Positions 23,442 to 35,318 of a stretch of 64,000 nucleotides of DNA are shown piece after piece; the stretch's first letter is position 1; the number at the start of each line of letters is the position of its first letter. The DNA is taken from positions 1 to 64,000 of the forward strand of contig JAUCBJ010005969.1 of the NCBI GenBank assembly GCA_032718475.1, given 5' to 3'. The translations under genes were made by a program, and so were the position numbers. Source of the DNA: Nemertoderma westbladi. Its lineage: Eukaryota > Animalia > Xenacoelomorpha. Below the pieces are notes generated by a model, which saw only the letters and a program-made list of their open reading frames with translations, did no database searches and was not told where the DNA came from.

Positions 23442-26400
23442 TTACGTTATGGAGTCCCTAGATATTTGTCGGATTAGGGAAGTGGTCGTAGGAAGAGTAT
23501 CTTGCCTTCCATAGTTTCCGGACAGTTTTTGGTCTCTTTCCAGTAAACATAAACGACTAGCTGGGCGATTGAGTTGTTGTGTTACTTTCTCCGCTCCCTT
23601 GGCCTGTCTAAACTCCGCCGTGGTAAGATGAGGAGGCCATTCTTCTTCTTCTTTACTTAAGAAGTCGGATCCACCTAACCAGCCTGGAGTATCTATCAGT
23701 TCTTGAGGAGTTGCTCCTCTGGAAGCGATGTCGGCTGGATTAATCGTCCCAAGGCAATGTCTCCATTGATCTACATTGGAGTTAATATCGTCATTATCTG
23801 AGGAGTATGGTGTTCCCTCAGTTGGATCGTCCACATCACTGCTCTCCACTTCCCATTCCTTTACTTGGTATACCTGTTGTTGAGGTAATCTCTCTTTGAG
23901 AGTTCTACGGGAAGGGCCAGTAAAGTACCAACCTACTCTAGTTCTTACTGCATAGGTTTGTAATGGCTGCGGTTGAGCAGGCCGTTTCTCCAATGTCTCG
24001 AGCGCCTCATGCGCGTTTTGGCCGATGAGTATTTGCACTCCAGGATAATCTGTCTGGAATCGAGGTATCTTAAGATGTTGGATGCTCTCATCCTCGTCCC
24101 AATTATAAAGGTCTGCTTGGGTAGTAGCGAAGTTCTTTATAGCCACCATTTTTACCGACCTTATACCTTGTGCTCCTAATTTATCCTGGGGGGTGGACAA
24201 CACACCTACATAGTAGTCTGCCGTTAGGGTAGATTTCCAAACCTGCATAATTCCTGACATATTCAATTTAGTCCGGAATTTGGGTTGTCCAGCAAAGAAA
24301 TCTTCGGCTAGTTCTTGATCGATGAATGTTCCTGTGCTGCCGGAGTCAAGGAGGGCGTTCACTATGTAACTTTTGTTGGGACCATGAACTCTTACCTGCA
24401 CTACAGGAAATTCTCTGATTCCTACGTTGGAAGTTGGAGCTTTCCAAGATGGTTGTCTGGCAAAAGTAGTTGGGGGGAACTCATTGTCGGTGTCCTTTTC
24501 ATAAGTAAGTGCTCGATACACTGAGGTATTTATTAGGTAACAGGATTCGTTGGCGTCGGAGAATTCGTCAGTATAGAATCCTTCCATCTCAGACTCTTGA
24601 TCAGTGTCATTTACATCACTGAATTGGACATGTAGTTCGGGCTCACTTACCTGACTCGGGTTGTCTCGTTCGAACTCACTGTGTAACAAGATGTGATGTT
24701 TCGCGCCACACTTTGCACACTTTACGTCGGAGTAACAGGTTCGCCGTTGGTGTCCTGATCTGAGGCAATTATAGCATAACCGCTTATTCCACAGGACTGT
24801 ACGTCTGTCTACAAGGGATTTCTTTAGAAATTCAGCACACGCACTCAAACGGTGGGGCCCGTCGCACAGCGCACATTTTGGTTTGATGTTACTCACCTTA
24901 CCTTGGGTAACGTTATGCACTCTCGTTCTTTCTTCGGGCTTTCTTCCGTGAATTCTCTTAGGAGACATAGGAGGAGTTGTTGTTACCTGTTCTCTCCTGT
25001 CACTGGTTCGAGACTTGTATTTACTTACGTCTTTATAGGTCTTGTTGTCATAGTAAGATTTTGCTGTGTCTTTCCCGCTGTCCTCTTCTTGAGAAGCTTG
25101 GCTTTCGCCGTCGTCAGTATAACACACTGGTATTATCCTTCTCCTAGAAACGGGTTTCTCACTTACCTTATTTTCCGATGTTTTCTCTCTGGACTGCTTT
25201 ATGAGTTGTAATTTTACTTCACTATCTAAGAAGGACATGAGATCAGCCATGGTAGGGCTTCGTCGTTGCTGCTCATTCATATACAACACTTTCTTGTCCC
25301 AGCGTGTACATACTCCACCCTTTGGTAAAGTAGAGACTACTGCTCCAATAACCATGGAACTCTGATATTCATGAGACTTACCCAACCAGTCCAATTGTCT
25401 ACAGATCTCCTGAATCTCATCGGAAAACTCTATAATCCCGCTACTAAGGAAGTTTCGGGGGGCTACTAATTTTGCATACAAATACTTAGCTATGTTATCC
25501 TTGTTACCATACCTGATGTTTAATGTATCCCAAACTTGTCTTAATCCTTCTGGATGTCCAATGAACTTTAACGCCATTAACTTGGGAGGTCCTTCCAAGC
25601 ACTTGATGAGGAACCTAAGTTTCTCACCGTTAGATAGTACAGAGTTCTGTATGCTGTCTTTGTAATATTCATTGAAAGGTAACCGTTTCATCTCATCTCC
25701 ATTGAATTTGACGATCTCTCCCACTTTGACCGCTTGGCGGGCTTCTGTTCTAGCCATCTGACGCGTAAAGCTTTCTTGGGCCATCGTGTTATTTAATATC
25801 GAATTATCGGTATATAAATTTCTCGGATCATTATCAGGTCTATAGGGAATATCATTAACAACAGGTTTATAATCACCCTTAATAGGGTTTGCTATAGGAG
25901 TTTCTACTTCACTAGCAGTATAGATGCGTGTAGGCTCCACACCTTGCGCATGTAATACTTCAGACCTAACAGGTTGACACAATGTTACTGGGGGTATTGG
26001 TATACCCTTTTGTATATTGACTAATTTGTCGCGTTCCAGCGCGATACTTTGCTGCACTTCTTGCAATTCTGCCCTACCTTCCCTTACTGTTCCCTTAAGT
26101 TGGTAGACAGTCTCCTGCATCTGTCCGAGCAGGAGATTCATCCCCCGTCGTCCCTCCTCTACCCACTCGACCGCCGAAGCGGGAGTCGCCAACATTGTAG
26201 TGGGCCGACGCGGGACGACGGGAGACAAATCTTTGATTTCTCTCTCAGTGTCCAGAACAGGGATATTCGCATGGACTGTTCTACCGGGTACAGGCAGTGT
26301 AGTACTGTGTAACGGGAATTTAGAGTTAAGCTCTGGAAGTACAGGGGTCTCTAGCACAGAAGTGGCTTTGGGAACGACAGGCCCAATTATTTCAGGCTCA

Positions 26401-27512
26401 TCAACTATGGTAGGGAGTCTTTTGACCTTAATAATTTGGTCTGTGGGTTCTGTACTACCTAAGTCTGTGCTAGCTAGTTGTCTTCTAACCGCTGGGGGCA
26501 AATCAGGCAATTTGTGACGGTGAGATGTTTTTCTACGCCTGCTTAGACGAGATCTATTTCCTCCGCCTTCAGGATCGGTGGTCTTGCCTTCCTCCGATGA
26601 TGTGTATCCTTGGCGTTTGGGAGTAGATCGACTCATCATCTGCATTTGACTAGCAGTTAACTGTTTATTTATGCAGTCTTGCGTCTCTTGCAGATTTTCC
26701 AACTCCAGTTGGGTAGTCTCCTCAGACGCTCTCCGTTCTGCTTCTGCCACTGCCTTTGCCGCCATTGCCATTGCCGCTGCCGCCTTTCTTTCCACTTCTG
26801 CCATTGCCATTGCCGCTGCCTTTAGGTCCTCTATCCGTTTTTTCTTTACTTGTTCTTCTTGGACTCTAACGAGGCAGAGTTTTTCATCAAATTTAGCTTG
26901 GTTTGCAGCTAACATTTCCGCATCGATTGCGTCCAACACAAGCTTGGTTCCTTCACTATTAGGGCGAAGTCCAGACAGTCGTCTCCTCAACTCTTCGTCT
27001 CCTAGGAATCGCTGATAGTCTGACAGATAGATGTCAATGGCGTCTCTAGTTCGCGGTTTCTCTGCTGCTGTTAATTCGCTTTCCACTTCGCTTTCCACTT
27101 GAGAAGAAGTGGCGTTGGTTGATTCTTCATAGGTTGGCCGCTCATAATAAACCGTATCCGCCATCTTCGCTCCGCGTTCGGGCGTCCGCTCAGCAGTATC
27201 CGAACTACTGGAACTATCGGGCCGCTGAGAACTAGGTTCTAGGCTAGGATGTTGCTGCTGTTTGACAGCTGCTTCTTGATCCCGCTTGACTTGGGCCCGA
27301 GTACCGATGATAGACCTACGTTGTTCTACTAGCCTAGGGTCTGACACTACTACTGTAGGGATGGCCTTTTTTACAATAGTAGGTGACTTAGACTTGGGTC
27401 TAGGATGTTCTATACTTGGATCTGGGTCACTGATCTTTTTAAGGCACTGTCTAACAGTCATTCTAACACTTTCTAAGAGACTATCCGACAGTGATTGGGT
27501 TGTGTCTGACAT
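23442..27512 (-). CDS. Bel/Pao Gag-protease polyprotein (1356 aa) with vestigial Pol fragments; no RT or integrase core
   Basis: DUF1759-like KFNGD..EKLRFLIKCLEGPPK; three knuckles CALCDGPHRLSAC, CYNCLRSGHQRRTC, CAKCGAKHHILLH; protease ALLDSGS; AVRTRVGW; then WRHCLGTINPADIASRG..WLGGSDFL..EEWP and RPASRLCLL. Confidence 0.9.
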   Translation of the reverse strand: MSDTTQSLSDSLLESVRMTVRQCLKKISDPDPSIEHPRPKSKSPTIVKKAIPTVVVSDPRLVEQRRSIIGTRAQVKRDQEAAVKQQQHPSLEPSSQRPDSSSSSDTAERTPERGAKMADTVYYERPTYEESTNATSSQVESEVESELTAAEKPRTRDAIDIYLSDYQRFLGDEELRRRLSGLRPNSEGTKLVLDAIDAEMLAANQAKFDEKLCLVRVQEEQVKKKRIEDLKAAAMAMAEVERKAAAAMAMAAKAVAEAERRASEETTQLELENLQETQDCINKQLTASQMQMMSRSTPKRQGYTSSEEGKTTDPEGGGNRSRLSRRRKTSHRHKLPDLPPAVRRQLASTDLGSTEPTDQIIKVKRLPTIVDEPEIIGPVVPKATSVLETPVLPELNSKFPLHSTTLPVPGRTVHANIPVLDTEREIKDLSPVVPRRPTTMLATPASAVEWVEEGRRGMNLLLGQMQETVYQLKGTVREGRAELQEVQQSIALERDKLVNIQKGIPIPPVTLCQPVRSEVLHAQGVEPTRIYTASEVETPIANPIKGDYKPVVNDIPYRPDNDPRNLYTDNSILNNTMAQESFTRQMARTEARQAVKVGEIVKFNGDEMKRLPFNEYYKDSIQNSVLSNGEKLRFLIKCLEGPPKLMALKFIGHPEGLRQVWDTLNIRYGNKDNIAKYLYAKLVAPRNFLSSGIIEFSDEIQEICRQLDWLGKSHEYQSSMVIGAVVSTLPKGGVCTRWDKKVLYMNEQQRRSPTMADLMSFLDSEVKLQLIKQSREKTSENKVSEKPVSRRRIIPVCYTDDGESQASQEEDSGKDTAKSYYDNKTYKDVSKYKSRTSDRREQVTTTPPMSPKRIHGRKPEERTRVHNVTQGKVSNIKPKCALCDGPHRLSACAEFLKKSLVDRRTVLWNKRLCYNCLRSGHQRRTCYSDVKCAKCGAKHHILLHSEFERDNPSQVSEPELHVQFSDVNDTDQESEMEGFYTDEFSDANESCYLINTSVYRALTYEKDTDNEFPPTTFARQPSWKAPTSNVGIREFPVVQVRVHGPNKSYIVNALLDSGSTGTFIDQELAEDFFAGQPKFRTKLNMSGIMQVWKSTLTADYYVGVLSTPQDKLGAQGIRSVKMVAIKNFATTQADLYNWDEDESIQHLKIPRFQTDYPGVQILIGQNAHEALETLEKRPAQPQPLQTYAVRTRVGWYFTGPSRRTLKERLPQQQVYQVKEWEVESSDVDDPTEGTPYSSDNDDINSNVDQWRHCLGTINPADIASRGATPQELIDTPGWLGGSDFLSKEEEEWPPHLTTAEFRQAKGAEKVTQQLNRPASRLCLLERDQKLSGNYGRQDTLPTTTSLIRQISRDSIT

Positions 27513-29299
27513 GTTTGTTTATACAATTGAATGCCTACTGCTATGATTACAGCTAAAGCAAGTCTAGCAATTCAGTATCACTGTTAGCCTAGTAATTAAT
27601 TACCGATACTGCTACTCAGTGTAGCGTGATATATATATAATATATTAGAATACCGGTATGCTTATAGTATATATATAAGTATTATTACAGACTAGATTTG
27701 TCACAGAGTACCGGTATATAATTTTAGCACAAATATATATAAATATATAATAGGCCTATCGTGAATACCGGTATGCAGCTTACACTTATAGTATATATAA
27801 GTATAATTATGAACTAGAATTAATTACAGAATACCTGTATGATTTCAGCACAAATTTATAGAAATAAATATAATAAGCCTATGGTAAATACCGGTATGTC
27901 AATTATTTTAGAATAATTGAATTTCTGAATATTTTAGGGTTACTTGGTTACTTTAACTTACTTTATTACCGTTATTTAAGCAGTAGTCCAACTGATATTG
28001 AGACCTAGTTGTTGTATGGCAGGCCTACTATTTATAAATCGTTTGAGTTGATTTATAATATTTATATACCCGTTTAAAAGGGTTTTGTCAATATTTGAAA
28101 TAAATGTTATTATTTCTGGGGGAGTCACTACACAGAAGCTGTACGCTCTCAGTGAAGTGCTACCTATGGGACACTAAAACAGATAATTATAATTTACCTA
28201 AGTTACTTAATACTACAAATTACTTACGATACGGGTGAGATTAAATCTCTAATTAAACACAACAAAATATTACGTACGAAATTTTAGGGTAATTTTACAG
28301 GAAGTCTACAAACCAGCCTAACAAAGGGTTAGAATTCTGGTTATTACAACGGACAGGATACTATGGTATTTGAAAATAATAAGTAGTAGTAAATATATTG
28401 CACTGTCCAGATAGGAAAATACCACCGCCTGACGACCTATAGCCGTATCGCTATAGGTACTACGTTATGTATCACGGAGTGTTCCTACCTGGAAGTTAAT
28501 TACCGCGGTCTACCAGAACCAACGTGCCTATTAACCACTTTACAACACAAATATACTGCCCACACACTAATTACCTTCGGAAAGCACTGTACACTAAACC
28601 CTAAATTAGGTACAAGTACTGGTACAACAAATAATCAGTAGTTAAATATACTTGAACAGTTAAAAGAACCACATCATCTGCTGGAGTGACCGAAGCACAA
28701 AGTCACCAGTCTTTTCCTACGCCAAGCAGCCCGTGTAGTACCGGGGTTAATTTAACTATAACGGTATGTGTAACAAACACAATTACTGTAGGAATAAACT
28801 TGGGGACATGAATGTTGCGAATAATCGCATAAACTCTGAATAATAAATATTACGCTACCCGTACAGAATACTCAAACAAAATACAAACCAAACGCTGGCA
28901 GACTACCACCAAGCCCAAATAAACTACAGTATGTGCAGATTCCAAAATGGTTAGTTAGTATGCGTTCTAACACGGTAGTACGACTTATTCTTTAAGAGGG
29001 GATTGACCTTACAGCTATGGCTGCCCCAACTTACTAACTGGCACTCTATCGGACAAACTCTACACACGCAGTAATCTCTCCAAACCCAACAACAATCCGA
29101 CAACAGTCTGGCCTACAATTATCTGAACAATCTGAGCAGACTTACACGTCTTCAGCTCTATATTAACTTACTAGGAAATAAAACTGACAGAAATAGACCT
29201 AAGTGAAATCCCAATAAAAACCAGGCGTCCCCGATTTAATATCGAGACCTACCGGTATACAATAATCAAAATCGAATAATACTAATGTACTTATACTGG

Positions 29300-29430
29300 A
29301 AGTACCGGTTAGGACAGTTGGGCCTACGGACCTACAGAAGTACCGGTTCTGACAGTTGGACCTACGGACCTACAGCAGTACCGGTTCTGGCAGTTGGGCC
29401 TACGGACCTACGACAGTACCGGTTCAGGTT
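29300..29430. repeat. About 38-bp tandem repeat (3-3.5 copies) in the element 1 leader
   Basis: AGTACCGGTT...CAGTTGG(G/A)CCTACGGACCTAC repeated. Confidence 0.8.
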
Positions 29431-29490
29431 TACCGGTCGACCGGTACTTTCAACTTTATTGCTTACTGCAATAAAGACAATAACTGTTAT

Positions 29491-30752
29491 TGTACGCGCT
29501 TTTGAAGACCTTTAGCAGTTTAACCTGCCAAAATTTATATGTCTTTTGGTTTATAAATATACTTTAGAAGTTGACAAATATTTAATACCAATAAATACAA
29601 CATTAGCAGAAGCCAGCCTAGTGCGCGTCCATTCACCCGCTGGATATACCCGGGGGGCTGGATTCTGAGGGCTTAGATTATTATTGCAGTGTAAGCTTAC
29701 TGTATTATTCGATTGATCGTTAATAAATAATTTCTGACTAATATTATTCACTTTCTGGAAATATTAACAGTTCCTTTAGGACGTGGCGCTCTATCTAAGT
29801 AAACAGAGATATGACTTATACTAATCACAACGGTAAGTCGGTAAGGCTTATGATTCACGTATGAGGCGCATTCTTTAGGAAATGCTTAGTTATCAGCCAC
29901 AATCATGCACACTACCGGTAACACACAATACTGACCACTAATTTGCCGACCGTCAATGATTTTTATCATATATAAAGAGAACAGCAACGGACCAATGTAG
30001 TGCTTATCAAATAGCATTAAATTCACTACATACACAATAATATAAGTCGCAATCGCTATTTATAACCCGTCTCTCTAACCTGTAGTGTATCAAGAAAATT
30101 GGGAAATTTGGGTTCTTTATAAATGTTCTCCAAATAATATTCAACCAACTAATACAAAATATGACAACAGTAAAACATTAAGACGGTAGGTCAAGATATG
30201 ATATGACATGTTATGATATGTGATATATGATATGGACTGATAACAGTTATACGCTCTATAATTTAAGCCTACTAATGTTTCTTCTAAAGTATGAAAACGA
30301 GTTGACTCTAGAGCCGGTGTTCCTGGCCTAGATAGCAACAACACAACAGTATGACATTAACAGTAAGACTGAACACTCCTACTGTAGTATGATCGGCCGA
30401 AAAGCTCCACATCGACAGAAAAAATCGCTCTGATTGGCTTAAGCTAAACAAAGAACCATGTGTCCAATGGCTGTTTCCATGTCAGCAACCAGCTGTTAGA
30501 TGTCGTAATATGAATCATCACGGCTAAGCTGTGTAAGGTATTTGGTACATTGCGGGTTTTTTGCCTTACCATGTCCGCCAAAACACGTATATAGAGGAAT
30601 GACTTTTATGTCCGTTAAAACACCTATAACGGTACCTTGCGGGCGAGGGGAATATATATATAGTTAGAGAGCCTTTTAGAGTATTCCAGCGCCTGGGGGG
30701 AGACTGGATTGCGAAGCAAAAGGGCCAGTTATATCCCACAGAAGCTTTTACA
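29491..30752 (-). repeat. 5' LTR of element 1 (1262 bp)
   Basis: Direct repeat of 19030-20286. Confidence 0.95.
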
Positions 30753-30760
30753 ATTATATA

Positions 30761-31206
30761 ATTAGTTGAATAAATACAAATAGATAAGGGTCTTCTCCAA
30801 CGGTAAAAAATAATTGAATTAATTTAAGTCGATTTGTAATTCCTTAGTGTAAATAGTTAGAAATTGTTAAACCACCGATTTATAATAGTGTAAATAGATA
30901 TAAATTTTTTATATCTCCATATTTTTATGATTTTTCGCTATACCCGTCTAATAATATATGCAATTATATAGTACCACCTATTTTGTGCTCGCCCCACTAT
31001 GTGCCTTATCCTAATACATACTTTAGAGGTACCGGTAACTTTGTTATTTGCTGTTGTGCAGTGTGGTTTTACAGTTCGGTTTAGTGTTTCAGTTATTTAT
31101 ATAGAGTCTGAAGAAAGGCCTAGGCCAGAAAGTACTCACTTAAATTAATTCAATTATTTTTTACCGTTGGGGAAGACCCTTATATATTTGTATTTATTTA
31201 ACTTAT
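30761..31206 (+). mobile_element. Penelope-like element relic (pseudo-LTR with an inverted partial copy)
   Basis: About 69-bp inverted repeats at 30761-30829 and 31138-31206, with a minimal hammerhead motif immediately 5' of the right arm. Confidence 0.6.
31104..31141 (+). ncRNA. Minimal type I hammerhead ribozyme-like motif (Penelope-associated form)
   Basis: GAGT-CTGAAGA-A-AGGCC-TA-GGCCA-GAAA-GTAC-TC^ACTT: catalytic boxes, stem II, palindromic GTAC stem III, stem I GAGU/ACUU. One A-A mismatch at the base of stem II. Confidence 0.6.
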
Positions 31207-32081
31207 GATGGACCCCCCTAACAGCAGCATGTCGCTTTGTTTCAAGATTTAATTATATAATTAGAAATTTCTCCTTGCTCTATACAATTTACACAAGGAG
31301 AATGATGGCCAATAACGTGATGGGGTGAATGTGAAATCTGATTTACGGTAGAGACCATTGTAATCAAGTTATTTCTGAGTATAATTATTATTACATAGAC
31401 CCTACAGTTAGATTCTTGGAAATTATCTGTAGGCTACAGATAATTTCCAAGAATCTAACCTTTTTTGGTTAGGTGATTATTGATTTCGTTGATTAATGTT
31501 TGCTTTAGCCATTCACGGACGACATTGCCTTTGTTTTCGGCCAATCCTGGTCGCAATTAGATAGATAGGGAAGAGGACAGTAGTGGCAGAGTTAGTTTTC
31601 AGCAAAGCAATTGGCGCAGAGTTCACGATTGGAGTACCTATACTAGTATTCCTATAAGAGCTGTCTTTCTTGCCATCCCTGTCCAGACAAGATTCGCAGT
31701 GCCAACATTTTTCCAAGAACGAGTTCTGCATCAATTTTTGACGGGCGATTTGTTTATAAACGGACGGTCAGTCAGGTCGGTTTTGGTTATTTTGTTTTGT
31801 TATTTTTCATAAAGTTAGTACAAGGAGCACTTTTTATCCTCACGGATAATAAAGTCCCCCTTTCCCGGATCCCAATATTTTGATACCGAGGTCTTTTAAT
31901 GCTTTCACCGGTCAGTTGGATAGTTCCCCTGTCGGAAGAGTTTACTTTGTATATTCACATCACTGCCCTACCTGGTACAAATATAGGCTGGAATATTTAC
32001 TTAATAACTTACTTAACAAAACCGATTCGTCCGTGACCCGTTTAAAACTGCATAGAATACCACGTTGCAGATCCGGAAAAG

Positions 32082-32506
32082 GTTTTTACTTGGAATAGTA
32101 CTAGCAGCGATAGGCTGCGCAAAAATCCTATTACAACGGCCGAAGAGCAAGAATTAACTTAAAAAATAGTTAGCGCAAGTTGAATTATTTTACACATCAA
32201 ACGATTGAACACACGACGGTCGATGGCCTACTGACGTTATGGGGAATCCAAGTTTACAGTGAGAGTTTGTGGAATGTACAAATAGACCAACATTGGACGC
32301 TGCTTTTTCTAGACTGCTGAGGAGTCTTTGCGCTCTACCCAATGTTAATGTGATAAAGAATTTCCTGATCATTGCGGACCTTTTTCGTGGAATGATAAAC
32401 AACTAAAATGTGTGTTGCCTTTGGCCCCTAAATACTTTTTCTTATATAAAGTACAGCCCCACACACCCAGAACGAGAAAAAATATTGCCCTTGATGGTCA
32501 CTTTTG
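32082..32506. repeat. 425-bp satellite flank duplicated at 35330-35753; contains a short RTE RT fragment
   Basis: Near-identical second copy at offset about 3248. Minus-strand GRAQRLLSSLEKAASNVGL matches the LINE at about 61015-61070. Confidence 0.9.
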
Positions 32507-35318
32507 GACCTTCGTCTCATTCCGACCTTCGTCTCATCCCGACCTTCATCTCATACCGACCATCGTCTCATCCCGACCTTCATCTCATACCGACCTTCGT
32601 CTCATCCCGACCTTCATATCATACCGACCATCGTCTCATCCCGACCTTCATATCATACCGACCTTCGTCTCATCCCGACCTTCATCTCATACCGACCTTC
32701 GTCTCATCCCGACCTTCATATCATACCGACCATCGTCTCATCCCGACCTTCATATCATACCGACCTTCGTCTCATCCCGACCTTCATCTCATACCGACCT
32801 TCGTCTCATCTCGACCTTCATCTCATACCGACCATCGTCTCATCCCGACCTTCATCTCATACCGACCATCGTCTCATCCCGGCCTTTCATCTCATACCGA
32901 CCTTCGTCTCATCCCGACCTTCATCTCATACCGACCATCGTCTCATCCCGACCTTCGTCTCATCCCGACCTTCGTCTCATCCCGACCTTCGTCTCATCCC
33001 GACCTTCGTCTCATCCCGACCTTCGTCTCATCCCGACCTTCATATCATACCGACCATGGTCTCATCCCGACCTTCATCTCATACCGACCTTCGTCTCATC
33101 CCGACCTTCATCTCATACCGACCATCGTCTCATCCCGACCTTCGTCTCATCCCGACCTTCATCTTATCCCGACCTTCATCTCATACCGACCATCGTCTCA
33201 TCCCGACCTTCATCTCATACCGACCTTCGTCTCATCCCGACCTTCATCTCATACCGACCTTCGTCTCATCCCGACCTTCATCTCATACCGACCATCGTTT
33301 CATCCCGACCTTCGTCTCATCCCGACCTTCGTCTCATCCCGACCTTCATCTCATCCCGGCCTTCATCTCATACCGACCTTCGTCTCATCCCGACCTTCAT
33401 CTCATACCGACCTTCATCTCATCCCGGCCTTCGTCTCATCCCGACCTTCGTCTCATCCCGACCTTCGTCTCATCCCGACCTTCATATCATACCGACCATG
33501 GTCTCATCCCGACCTTCATATCATACCGACCATGGTCTCATCCCGACCTTCATCTCATACCGACCTTCGTCTCATCCCGACCTTCATCTCATACCGACCA
33601 TCGTCTCATCCCGACCTTCGTCTCATCCCGACCTTCATCTTATCCCGACCTTCATATCATACCGACCGTCGTCTCATCCCGACCTTCGTCTCATCCCGAC
33701 CTTCATCTCATCCCGACCTTCATCTCATCCCGGCCTTCATCTCATACCGACCTTCGTCTCATCCCGACCTTCATCTCATCCCGACCTTCATATCATACCG
33801 ACCATGGTCTCATCCCGACCTTCATCTCATACCGACCTTCGTCTCATCCCGATCTTCATCTCATACCGACCATCGTTTCATCCCGACCTTCGTCTCATCC
33901 CGACCTTCATATCATACCGACCATCGTCTCATCCCGACCTTCGTCTCATCCCGACCTTCGTCTCATCCCGACCTTCGTCTCATCCTGACCTTCGTCTCAT
34001 CCCGATCTTCGTCTCTTCCCGACCTTCGTCTGATCCCGACCTTCGTCTCTTCCCGACCTTCATATCATACCGACCTTCGTCTCATCCCGACCTTCGTCTC
34101 ATCCGGACCTTCGTCTCATCCCGACCTTCGTCTCATCACGACCTTCGTCTCATCCGGACCTTCGTCTCATCCCGACCTTCATATCATACCGACCTTCGTC
34201 TCATCCCGACCTTCGTCTCATCCCGACCTTCGTCTCATCACGACCTTCGTCTCATCCGGACCTTCGTCTCATCCCGACCTTCGTCTCATCCCGACCTTCG
34301 TCTCATCCCGACCTTCGTCTCATCCTGACCTTCGTCTCATCCCGATCTTCGTCTCTTCCCGACCTTCGTCTGATCCCGACCTTCGTCTCTTCCCGACCTT
34401 CATATCATACCGACCTTCGTCTCATCCCGACCTTCGTCTCATCCGGACCTTCGTCTCATCCCGATCTTCGTCTCTTCCCGACCTTCATATCATACCGACC
34501 TTCGTCTCATCCCGACCTTCGTCTCATCCGGACCTTCGTCTCATCCCGATCTTCATATCATACCGACCTTCGTCTCATCCCGACCTTCGTCTCATCCGGA
34601 CCTTCGTCTCATCCCGATCTTCGTCTCTTCCCGACCTTCATATCATACCGACCTTCGTCTCATCCCGACCTTCGTCTCATCCGGACCTTCGTCTCATCCC
34701 GATCTTCATATCATACCGACCTTCGTCTCATCCCGACCTTCGTCTCATCCGGACCTTCGTCTCATCCCGATCTTCATATCATACCGACCTTCGTCTCATC
34801 CGGACCTTCGTCTCATCCCGACCTTCGTCTCATCCCGACCTTCGTCTCATCCCGACCTTCGTCTCATCCTGACCTTCGTCTCATCCCGATCTTCGTCTCT
34901 TCCCGACCTTCGTCTGATCCCGACCTTCGTCTCTTCCCGACCTTCATATCATACCGACCTTCGTCTCATCCCGACCTTCGTCTCATCCGGACCTTCGTCT
35001 CATCCCGATCTTCGTCTCTTCCCGACCTTCATATCATACCGACCTTCGTCTCATCCCGACCTTCGTCTCATCCGGACCTTCGTCTCATCCCGATCTTCAT
35101 ATCATACCGACCTTCGTCTCATCCCGACCTTCGTCTCATCCGGACCTTCGTCTCATCCCGATCTTCGTCTCTTCCCGACCTTCATATCATACCGACCTTC
35201 GTCTCATCCCGACCTTCGTCTCATCCGGACCTTCGTCTCATCCCGATCTTCATATCATACCGACCTTCGTCTCATCCCGACCTTCGTCTCATCCGGACCT
35301 TCGTCTCATCCCGATCTT
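32507..35318. repeat. 17-bp satellite (CCGACCTTCGTCTCATC)n, array 1, about 165 units
   Basis: Directly visible, with recurring variant blocks. Confidence 0.97.

Larger units (their letters stand above)
19030..30752 (-). mobile_element. Bel/Pao-type LTR retrotransposon derivative (element 1), non-autonomous, 11.7 kb
   Basis: TG...CA LTRs at 19030-20286 and 29491-30752 (about 5 substitutions plus one 5-bp indel by eye). TSD ATTAT at 19025-19029 and 30753-30757. Short PPT GGGAGCGG on the minus strand before the 3' LTR. Bel/Pao Gag-protease ORF. Confidence 0.95.
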
